Assembly: GCA_964441715.1 (NCBI GenBank)
Contig: CAYTYL010000001.1
Location: forward strand, 902 to 64,901
Origin: an uncultured Muribaculaceae bacterium
GTDB taxonomy: Bacteria > Bacteroidota > Bacteroidia > Bacteroidales > UBA932
Reading direction: 5' to 3'
DNA length: 64,000 bases
This document shows positions 56,392 to 64,000 of this stretch, piece after piece (position 1 is the stretch's first letter; each line of letters begins with the position of its first letter). Made by a program: the position numbers and the translations under genes. The notes beneath the pieces were generated by a model, which did not search any database, was not told the origin of the DNA, and saw only the letters and a list, made by a program, of their open reading frames with translations.

Positions 56392-56685
56392 TCAGACCAT
56401 GGAGTCAACTTTCCATACGAAAGCCCTCAGTCCCAGGTCGGGATAGGCCTCGTCCTTCGCGTGAAGGGCGGACATGAGCTGTTCCGCCTTGTCATCGGGG
56501 ACGAACGTCAGGATGGCATCGTTCATCGTAGGCCAGGCATGGTTGCCGTAATGAGGTTCCCCGTTTTCGCTCCCCCTGCCTTCTATATTCATCCAGCGGG
56601 TGAAACCGCGCTGCCTGAAATCATCGAGAAGCTCGACTATTTCCTCACCGTAGGCCTGGTTATATGAAATAAATATCGCTTTCAT
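56392..56685 (-). CDS. Small cytoplasmic protein (97 aa) genetically attached to the RND pump; possibly PII-like fold
   Basis: The gene starts 1 nt after the RND permease stop. It has no signal peptide or TM helix. I recall a Bacteroidota family of transporter-associated small proteins in this position, but this is not verified. Confidence 0.5.
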   Translation of the reverse strand: MKAIFISYNQAYGEEIVELLDDFRQRGFTRWMNIEGRGSENGEPHYGNHAWPTMNDAILTFVPDDKAEQLMSALHAKDEAYPDLGLRAFVWKVDSMV

Positions 56686-56686
56686 G

Positions 56687-59600
56687 TTATGCTGTCTGAA
56701 TTTGATCTTTTTTCTGTTTTCTGCGTTCCTGACGGGTTGCGAACACGCAATAGACCGTAGGGATGAGAATCAAGGTGACCATGGTGGAAATCGTAAGACC
56801 GAATGCCACGGTGACACCGAGCGATCTCCACATCTCCGCACCTTCACCTGTTCCGACGGCCATCGGGACCATTCCGAGAACAGTGGTAAGGGTGGTCATG
56901 AGGATAGGACGCAGACGGCTTCTGGCGGCTATCACCACGGACTCGACCACGGACTTGCCTCTCTCACGCATGAGTATGGTGTAGTCTATGAGCACGATAC
57001 CGTTCTTCACCACTATACCCAGCAGGATGATGATGCCGATGAGGGCCATGACTCCGAGAGCCTCCCCGGTCGCCCACAATCCAAGGAACACGCCCACAAG
57101 GGCGAACGGAATCGAGAACATTATCACGAAAGGACTCATGAACGACTCGAACTGCGATGCCATTACCATGTAAACGAGTATTATGATAAGCAACATGAGG
57201 ATTCCAAGATTCTTGAACATCTTCTGCTGGTCTTCATAGTCTCCGGATATGGATGCCGTGATGGTGGTGGGCATCTCCGTAGATTTGATTATGGCATTTG
57301 TCGCATCCACGGCTTCGCTGAGGACCTTGCCCTTGGCCACGATACCCGTCACGGTTATGTACCTTTCACGGTTCTTTCTTTCAATCGTAGGAGGCACCTT
57401 GGATTCCACCACGGATCCGAGTTCCTTGATTCTGACCGCCTTCCCCTGAGAGTTGTAGATTATCACATTCTCGATGTCTTCCACGCTTCCCCTGAAGGAC
57501 TTGTCATACCTTACGCGGATATTGTACTCGTCTCCGTCCTCTCTGTACAACGACCCTACCGCACCGCTCATGGCCGCGCTGAATTCGGCGGCAGCGGTCG
57601 TGGAGTTGAGCCCGTTGAGGGCGAGCTTGGTCCTGTCGAAGTCAACGAGGTACTCGGGAGTATACTCGTCACGGCTCAGCACCACCTGCGAGAAATTGTC
57701 ATTATCCAACATTCTGGACTGGATCGCGCGGGCGACGGATTCCGTTTCTTCGAAATCATAGCCGTAGATTTCAAGCGTCACGGAGGTGGCACCTCCTACG
57801 CCGCCCATACCTTCCGTGACGGTAGCCTTCTTGATCTCAGGATAATTTCTGAGATCCTTCCTTATGACGTCGGCGAGCTCCGTGGAAGTCCTGTGCCTGC
57901 TGAGCTTGGAACCGATGTTTACGTTCATGGAAATGATGTTGGAGCCGTTCTGCTGGACGCTGGCGAGGGCATTGTCCGAGCTTGCCTGTCCGAAACGGTA
58001 CTGAAGCACCTGGATTTCAGGCATGTCCTCCGAAAGCTTGTCGGCGAGATTCTTGGCGAACTCTCCGGTCACCTTCTGCTCGGTACCCACGGGAAGGTGA
58101 ACCTCCACCGTGAGACGGTCAGTGTCCTGAGTCGGGAAGTATTCCGTCTTGATGCTCGGAACGAAGATGACGAGAGATGCGACAAAAATCAGCAACGCCG
58201 ACAAAATCACGGTCTTTCTGTGGGACACGGCCCAGCCGATGATGCCGGCATACCAGTCGGAGAACTTTCCGAGCCCATTCTCGATGGGGTCAAAGATTGC
58301 CCTGTGCAGTTTTCCGTTCTTGGGCTTGCTGCTGAGCATCTTGGAGCACATCATCGGCACAAGGGTAAGAGCCGCCGTGGTTGAAATGATCATTATTATG
58401 CTCACTATCCAGCCGAGCTGCTTGAACATGATTCCCGCCATGCCTGAAACCATGGTAAGAGGAAGGAACACGCAAAGCATCGTGAGGGTGGAAGCTATGA
58501 CGGATATTCCCACTTCGGAAGTTCCGTGCACCGCCGCCTCCTTTGGCTTGTCGCCTCTTTCAAGATGGGTGGACACGTTCTCAAGAACCACTATGGCATC
58601 ATCCACGACCATACCTATCGCTATGGACAGCGCGGACATGGATATGATGTTAAGCGTATTGCCCGTCGCATAGAGGTATACCAGAGAGCCCAGCAGGGCT
58701 ATAGGAATGGAAAGCACGATTATGAACGTAGCCCTCCACCTGCCGAGGAAGACATACACCACCAGCATGACGACTATAAGGGTAATCAGGATGGTGTCCC
58801 TCAGGGAATTGATGGTATTGGTAATCGTTCTCGAAGAGTCGATGATAGTCACAATCTTGACATCGGAAGGCAGGGTTTCCTGAATTTCGGCAAGCTTCGC
58901 CTTCACGGACTTGATGACGTTCACGGTGTTCGCTCCGGTCTGTTTCTGGACGGAAATCATGGCGGAACGGCGTCCGTTCGTATAGGATTCCTGATATTTT
59001 TCCTCGAGTCCGTCATAGACGGTCGCGACATCCCTCAGATATACGAGGTGCCCATCATAGGATCCCACCACGATGTCCAGAAGTTCATTCGGATCTTTGA
59101 ACTCCTTCTCGATGCGCAGGGTGTAGGACTCCTTGCCTATGTCGATGGTTCCCGAAGGGATGTTCCTGTTCTCCGCCGATATGATGGAGGAGATTCCGGA
59201 AATCGACAGTCCGTATGCCTGCAGTTTGTTCGGGTCGCAGTAAACCTGTATCTCACGCTCGGGAGCTCCGATCACATTGATCGTACCCACGCCGTTGACA
59301 CGGCCGAGCGGGGTGGTCACCTTGTCGTCGAGGATCTTCTCCAGGCCCTCGAAGCTTTCATCGGCGGTGGCCGAAAGAATCAGGACGGGCATGTCGTCCA
59401 TGCTGAACTTGAACAGGAAAGGAGCGGAAGCCCCGTCCGGCAAGTTCTGGCTGACCATGTCCAACTTGTCCCTTATGTTGTTGCAGGCTTCATCGATATC
59501 CGTTCCGTATTCGAACTCAAGAATCACCACGGCGATGTTTTCCCTGGACATGGAAGTCATGTCGTCGAGGTTTTCAACGCTGTTGAGTGTATTTTCCAGA

Positions 59601-59797
59601 ACCTTGGTCAGGTTCGTTTCTATGTCGGAAGCACTCGCCCCCTGATAGGAGGACATCACCATCACCACGTTGGCATCGAAGTCCGGATACTGTGCGATGG
59701 ATGTGTTGACGAGCGAGAACAGTCCGAAGATGGCGAAGGCCGTGAAAATCAGGGCCGTCGTGACCGGCTTGTTTACCGCGCTTCTAAATATGCTCAT
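56687..59797 (-). CDS. RND efflux transporter permease (AcrB family)
   Basis: The 1036-aa protein has 12 TM helices with two large periplasmic loops and a typical N-terminus (SIFRSAVNKPVTTALIF). Confidence 0.9.
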   Translation of the reverse strand: MSIFRSAVNKPVTTALIFTAFAIFGLFSLVNTSIAQYPDFDANVVMVMSSYQGASASDIETNLTKVLENTLNSVENLDDMTSMSRENIAVVILEFEYGTDIDEACNNIRDKLDMVSQNLPDGASAPFLFKFSMDDMPVLILSATADESFEGLEKILDDKVTTPLGRVNGVGTINVIGAPEREIQVYCDPNKLQAYGLSISGISSIISAENRNIPSGTIDIGKESYTLRIEKEFKDPNELLDIVVGSYDGHLVYLRDVATVYDGLEEKYQESYTNGRRSAMISVQKQTGANTVNVIKSVKAKLAEIQETLPSDVKIVTIIDSSRTITNTINSLRDTILITLIVVMLVVYVFLGRWRATFIIVLSIPIALLGSLVYLYATGNTLNIISMSALSIAIGMVVDDAIVVLENVSTHLERGDKPKEAAVHGTSEVGISVIASTLTMLCVFLPLTMVSGMAGIMFKQLGWIVSIIMIISTTAALTLVPMMCSKMLSSKPKNGKLHRAIFDPIENGLGKFSDWYAGIIGWAVSHRKTVILSALLIFVASLVIFVPSIKTEYFPTQDTDRLTVEVHLPVGTEQKVTGEFAKNLADKLSEDMPEIQVLQYRFGQASSDNALASVQQNGSNIISMNVNIGSKLSRHRTSTELADVIRKDLRNYPEIKKATVTEGMGGVGGATSVTLEIYGYDFEETESVARAIQSRMLDNDNFSQVVLSRDEYTPEYLVDFDRTKLALNGLNSTTAAAEFSAAMSGAVGSLYREDGDEYNIRVRYDKSFRGSVEDIENVIIYNSQGKAVRIKELGSVVESKVPPTIERKNRERYITVTGIVAKGKVLSEAVDATNAIIKSTEMPTTITASISGDYEDQQKMFKNLGILMLLIIILVYMVMASQFESFMSPFVIMFSIPFALVGVFLGLWATGEALGVMALIGIIILLGIVVKNGIVLIDYTILMRERGKSVVESVVIAARSRLRPILMTTLTTVLGMVPMAVGTGEGAEMWRSLGVTVAFGLTISTMVTLILIPTVYCVFATRQERRKQKKDQIQTA

Positions 59798-59812
59798 ACG
59801 CTTTTCCTGTAA

Positions 59813-60853
59813 TTATTCGCCGGCGCCGATCCTGACTTTGCTGCCGTCCTTAAGATTGGCGCTGCCGTTCGTGGCGACAACGTCCCCGTCGCCGAGTCCG
59901 GAAAGGATCTCGTAGCTGTCGTCCAGATGACGGCCGAGGGTGACGAGCGATGCCTTCACGCTGCCGTCGTTCTGGAGTATGTACACGAACCTCTGGCCTG
60001 AACCCTGCTGTTTGACTATGGCCTCATCGGGAGCAACGACGCTGTGGTTGATGCCGAAGGTCACCTCCACCTTGGCATACATGCCGGGTCTGAGAGCCCT
60101 GTCCCCGTTGGGAACGATGACTTCGACGGTAAAGGTATGGGAAGAGGGATCAACCGTAGGATAAATCCGGTTGATTTTGCCGCTGAAAGTCCTGCCGGGG
60201 ATGGCATCGGTGGTAATGGAAACCGCGTCTCCCTTGTGGACCTTGGTGTAGTCGCTCTCCGTTATGCCCACGAGAATCTTTACCGGAGTAACTTCCTGGA
60301 CTACATACAGAGGGGTGCCCATGGAATACATATCTCCCCTGTCATAGTTTCTGGCGGTCACGACACCGGTGAGAGGTGAACGCAGAACGGAGTTTTCAAG
60401 CAGGTTCTGATAATTTGTCCTGCTCACTTCATAGCTGAGTTCAGCCGCGTCATAGTCCGATTTGGAGATTCCGCCCTCGGAATAGAGCTGGCTTATGCGG
60501 CCGAATTCCGTGGAATCATTGACATATCTGAGTTTGGCCTGGATGGTCTGGACCTGATCCAGCTCGGCAAGTATCTGTCCTCTGGTGACATAGTCGCCCA
60601 CCTCCACGTTGATTTTCTGTATCCTGAGGCTGCTCTGCGGAGCGATGTTGTTGACCGCATTAGCCTCCACGGTGGATGAATAGACCTCCGTCTGAGGCAC
60701 ATCCATGGATGACACCTTGACCGTATCTATAAGCAGCGCACTGTCTTCAGCCGCATCTACGGCCGCATCGCCGCCGTTTCCTTTGCCGTTGCCGCATCCC
60801 GCCGCCGCGAGCACAAGCGAGGAAAGCAGGACTGTTCTGATTGTTCTTTTCAT
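59813..60853 (-). CDS. RND efflux periplasmic adaptor (membrane fusion) lipoprotein
   Basis: The protein has a lipobox (LAAAGCG), a lipoyl hairpin (GDYVTRGQILAELD) and beta-barrel domains. Confidence 0.85.
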   Translation of the reverse strand: MKRTIRTVLLSSLVLAAAGCGNGKGNGGDAAVDAAEDSALLIDTVKVSSMDVPQTEVYSSTVEANAVNNIAPQSSLRIQKINVEVGDYVTRGQILAELDQVQTIQAKLRYVNDSTEFGRISQLYSEGGISKSDYDAAELSYEVSRTNYQNLLENSVLRSPLTGVVTARNYDRGDMYSMGTPLYVVQEVTPVKILVGITESDYTKVHKGDAVSITTDAIPGRTFSGKINRIYPTVDPSSHTFTVEVIVPNGDRALRPGMYAKVEVTFGINHSVVAPDEAIVKQQGSGQRFVYILQNDGSVKASLVTLGRHLDDSYEILSGLGDGDVVATNGSANLKDGSKVRIGAGE

Positions 60854-60870
60854 ATTTCTTTTCCGTATTA

Positions 60871-62388
60871 TCAGTTAAATGACTTGATGTTGTTCAGGTC
60901 GGTATTTCCGTTCTCATCGGTAAAGTCATGTCCGAGAGTCTTTTCGAGATTGGATTTGGCGACCATGTAGTTGTAGATAGCCTGTGATCTGGACAGCTGC
61001 GCCTGGGTGAGCGTGAGCTGCGCGTCGTTCAGATCCGTAAGCGTGCTCTTCCCGACATTGTAGGACTTCTCGGAGATGTCGTACGCCTTCTGGGCAAGCT
61101 CCACGGCGTCGATGGCGGACCAATAGCTCCTTACATCCGTTTCCATGGAGGTGAGATACTGCCTCACGGCTATCTGGAGCTGTCTTTCAGTATTGATTCT
61201 CTGAAGATCGAGTTCCGCCTGCTGAACCTTTGCCTGACGTACGTCGTTGAGCCGCTTCCCTCCGGAGAAAATGGGTATGCTCAAGGAGATGCCGGCATAG
61301 GAATACGGCGTCCACTTGTACTCCGAGAACTTGAAGTCATTGGTCATGGCATAATAGCTGTACGAATAAGTCAGCGCAAGAGTCGGCAGATAGGCGTATT
61401 TCTGCAGCTGCACGGTCTTGGCAAGCTGCGAGGCCTGTATCGCCAGCTGACGGATGGATGTGTTGCCGGAAAGGTCGGCCTTTCCGTCTTCCGCCATGTC
61501 ATAGCGCATGTCGTCCGCGTAATCGCCCAATGTTCCGGCCACATCTATATCCATGTCCAGATCCACTCCCATGACGGCCTTGAGCTGCCACAAGGCGAGG
61601 ACCACCTGACTTTCCGAGTTGTACACATTCGGAATTGCGGATGCCACATTGGCCTTAGCCCTGGTGTACTCCAGCTCGGAAGCCTTTCCGACATTGTATT
61701 TCTTCTCCGTCTGTCCGAAATTGTCCACAGCGTTCTCATAGACGCTCTTATAGACGTTGAAGGCCTCTCTCGCGAGGAGAACTCCATAGAACGCCTGTTT
61801 CACCTGAGTGACCATGTCCAGACGCGAAGAGCGGGCCTGCTCCACCGCAAGCTCCACGGCATCGCCGGAGATGGATATGCTTTTCCAGAGCTGAGCATTG
61901 ACGACAGGCATCGAAGCGGTTATGGCTCCGTTGAATGTATTCCAACGGCCCACCTCGATTCCGCCGCCTGAGGACGGCCCTGCAGCGGCACCGCCGTCCG
62001 CTCCCGAGCCATCGCCCGAGCCGGCGTCGGCACCTGAACCGCCGTCATCTCCCGTACCGGAATCGCCTCCGAATGAACTCATGTCAAAGTCCATGTACAT
62101 GACCTGCTTTTTTATGGTTCTCTGGTAGGAACCCGTAGCATCCACCTGCGGGAACAGAGATGCATAAGTCCCCCTTCTGGCATATTCGCTTCTTTCGATT
62201 TCCTTGTCCGCCACCTTTACCGTCATGTTCTCGCTCAATGCGATCTTGAGGGCGTCTTCCAGCGTGAGGACCGTCGTTCCCGAAGACTCACCGGCAGGAG
62301 CGACGCCGACCGCATACTGCGCCGATGCCCACACGGGGAACAACGCAGCCAGCACGGCGATAAAGAAAAAACTGATTTTCTTCTTCAT
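60871..62388 (-). CDS. TolC-family outer membrane protein with a Gly/Ser/Asp-rich insertion
   Basis: The protein has a signal peptide, LTLEDALKIALSENMTVK and two TolC repeats. A roughly 37-aa low-complexity insert is encoded at 61961-62070. Confidence 0.85.
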   Translation of the reverse strand: MKKKISFFFIAVLAALFPVWASAQYAVGVAPAGESSGTTVLTLEDALKIALSENMTVKVADKEIERSEYARRGTYASLFPQVDATGSYQRTIKKQVMYMDFDMSSFGGDSGTGDDGGSGADAGSGDGSGADGGAAAGPSSGGGIEVGRWNTFNGAITASMPVVNAQLWKSISISGDAVELAVEQARSSRLDMVTQVKQAFYGVLLAREAFNVYKSVYENAVDNFGQTEKKYNVGKASELEYTRAKANVASAIPNVYNSESQVVLALWQLKAVMGVDLDMDIDVAGTLGDYADDMRYDMAEDGKADLSGNTSIRQLAIQASQLAKTVQLQKYAYLPTLALTYSYSYYAMTNDFKFSEYKWTPYSYAGISLSIPIFSGGKRLNDVRQAKVQQAELDLQRINTERQLQIAVRQYLTSMETDVRSYWSAIDAVELAQKAYDISEKSYNVGKSTLTDLNDAQLTLTQAQLSRSQAIYNYMVAKSNLEKTLGHDFTDENGNTDLNNIKSFN

Positions 62389-63050
62389 ACATTCAATGTT
62401 TCATTATATTCTTGTTTCATTTCTTCATCTTCACGGTCGTTTTTTCCGGACCGCATGACCCTTCTGACCTCATCCCATCCTTTCTCCGTAAGTATGGCAT
62501 GAAAGGACACGTCCATAAAAGCCTTGAGCATCACCTTGACGGGTATCCTTTTCCCTCCGTGTATGTATTCGCCTCTCAGGTAGCCGTCCACCGCCTCATG
62601 CAGCAGAATCAGAACGGTAATCTCGCTTTCCACGTCCATGTCATCCCTGAAATAGCCCTCGCTGATGCCGCCTTTCACGAATTCCATGATTTTTTCCTTG
62701 GACATGGAACGGACTTTCTTCGTGTGCTCGACAAATATGTCGTTATAGTATTTCTTTATGTCCATGCCGATGCGTTCAGACAGGATATACGCCCCGCGGG
62801 GCCTGTAACGCGACACGAAAAGCATCAGCTCGACAGGATTCATCCCCGCGCTCGCCCTTTCATACACCTTCTGGACTTCGGCCATGTGAAGTTCCACCAT
62901 CTGGCCTACCAGAGCCTCCTTGCTTACGAAATACTGATAGAACGTCTTCTTGGATATCCCGAGAGCGTGACATATCTCATCGATATTCACATCCCTGACG
63001 CCTCTTTTGCCGAAAAGAGACCTTGCGACTCTTAGAATTTTCTTTTCCAT
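62385..63050 (-). CDS. TetR/AcrR-family transcription regulator
   Basis: The N-terminus carries an HTH (FGKRGVRDVNIDEICHALGISKKTFYQYF). The gene is first in the RND operon and overlaps tolC by ATGA. Confidence 0.85.
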   Translation of the reverse strand: MEKKILRVARSLFGKRGVRDVNIDEICHALGISKKTFYQYFVSKEALVGQMVELHMAEVQKVYERASAGMNPVELMLFVSRYRPRGAYILSERIGMDIKKYYNDIFVEHTKKVRSMSKEKIMEFVKGGISEGYFRDDMDVESEITVLILLHEAVDGYLRGEYIHGGKRIPVKVMLKAFMDVSFHAILTEKGWDEVRRVMRSGKNDREDEEMKQEYNETLNV

Positions 63051-63210
63051 TCAATCTTACGTTACCTTACGGAAGCAGCTTTCATGATTCCGGAAAGCCC
63101 GCATTCGCATTGCGAAGATAGTGCCAAAGCTCGGCAAAAGCAACGGAAAAATAAAAAACACTTGACGATACCATTTGCCTAAAATGGCGCAATTTCAATA
63201 TATACAATTA

Positions 63211-63250
63211 TTTAAAACAAAAAACTCGGAAACTGGAAAAATTTCCGAGT
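63211..63250 (-). terminator. Strong intrinsic terminator downstream of lgt
   Basis: ACTCGGAAA (63224-32) pairs with TTTCCGAGT (63242-50), followed on the minus strand by TTTTTTGTTTT. Confidence 0.7.
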
Positions 63251-63329
63251 TTCCAAGTGCAAGGCGGAAAAACCTTTCAACCGGCGGACAGGGCCCCATG
63301 CGGGCGGAGGCGGCACGGCCGGGAACGGA

Positions 63330-64000
63330 TCAGACCTTTCCGTGCGAGACGGAGGAACCGCTCCGGGAAAGAGCCGCAGATTCGGGTATCTTCTTAACGT
63401 GGGCATAGACCATGAAAGCGATGCCGAGCAGAATGAACGGTATGCTGAGCAGCTGGCCCATGTTCAGAGTCATGCTTTCCTCGAAAGCGACCTGGTCATT
63501 TTTGATGAACTCTATCAGAAAACGCATCCCGAAACAGCCCGTCAGGAAGAAACCGACATAAAACCCGCGATACGTCCGGTCGAGCCTATACTTGTATATG
63601 AGGATAAGTATCACACCCAGAATAAGGTACGTGAACGCCTCGTAAAGCTGCGTGGGATGGTGCGGAAGCCTCTCGGGATCTGACGGATCGGAGGGATCTA
63701 TGTTTCTTTCGAATATGAACCCCCACGGCAAATCGGTAACCCTTCCATATATTTCGGAGTTGAAGAGGTTTCCTATCCTTATGAAAAACGCGGCGAAGGC
63801 CACGGCTATCGCCAGATGGTCTATCAGCCAGAGAAAATCGAAATTGTTCTTCCGTCCGTAGTGACGTGCGAACCACCACATGCCTATGAAAAGCGCTATG
63901 GTTCCTCCATGGCTGGCAAGACCGCCTTTCCACGGCATGAATATCTCCTTGAAGCCTTCCCAGCTCCCGAGATAGTAATCGGGCTGATAAAACAGGCAAT
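63330..64000 (-). CDS. lgt: Prolipoprotein diacylglyceryl transferase (5' end beyond the window)
   Basis: The protein carries WKGGLASHGG, FIRIGNLFNSEIYG, HPTQLYE and a polytopic profile. The reading frame stays open to position 64000. Confidence 0.85.
   Translation of the reverse strand, partial: CLFYQPDYYLGSWEGFKEIFMPWKGGLASHGGTIALFIGMWWFARHYGRKNNFDFLWLIDHLAIAVAFAAFFIRIGNLFNSEIYGRVTDLPWGFIFERNIDPSDPSDPERLPHHPTQLYEAFTYLILGVILILIYKYRLDRTYRGFYVGFFLTGCFGMRFLIEFIKNDQVAFEESMTLNMGQLLSIPFILLGIAFMVYAHVKKIPESAALSRSGSSVSHGKV

Noticed and set aside
1-64000. I searched for mobile-element hallmarks around the two AT-rich blocks and elsewhere: integrase, transposase, relaxase, phage structural genes, tRNA attachment sites and flanking direct repeats.
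   Set aside because: None was found in any of the six frames or in the flanking DNA that I could inspect by eye. Horizontal origin of the AT-rich blocks therefore rests on composition only.

Overview
This 64-kb window looks like a chromosomal segment from a Bacteroidota genome, probably Bacteroidales. The genus is not determinable from the sequence alone. Supporting signs are recurrent TAnnTTTG promoter boxes, many lipoprotein signal peptides, an Oar-like TonB-dependent receptor and the overall gene content. G+C looks high-50s% by eye (not computed).

I support about 54 protein genes, and nearly all are ordinary core or transport functions:
- Translation and RNA: metK, smpB, miaA, trmB, queH, rsgA, rnr.
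- Replication and repair: recO, rdgB, holB.
- Metabolism and envelope: gpmI, malQ, trxA, lgt, two polyprenyl synthases.
- Peptidases: M48, M3, S41, U32.
- Efflux: a TetR-controlled RND operon, and an AraC-linked TolC/HlyD/ABC-2 operon with no ATPase gene.
- Sugar and amino-acid transporters.

I saw no rRNA, tRNA, CRISPR array, integrase, transposase or phage genes.

The best candidate for something undescribed is a visibly AT-rich two-gene cassette at 192-1461. It encodes an unrecognisable 258-aa protein whose gene overlaps by 8 nt a PIN-domain nuclease gene, and it sits between a terminator and a core gene. The evidence is limited to composition, gene architecture and PIN motifs.

Secondary observations:
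- An AT-rich single-gene island encodes an AAA+ / PD-(D/E)xK-like ATPase, preceded by three 33-bp-phased direct repeats.
- An orphan consensus promoter plus hairpin may be a small RNA.
- A terminator-containing leader precedes metK and may be SAM-II-like.
- In-frame tandem repeats of 9, 21 and 24 bp extend the C-termini of QueH, TrmB and a PSP1 protein.

Overall this is mostly an ordinary region.
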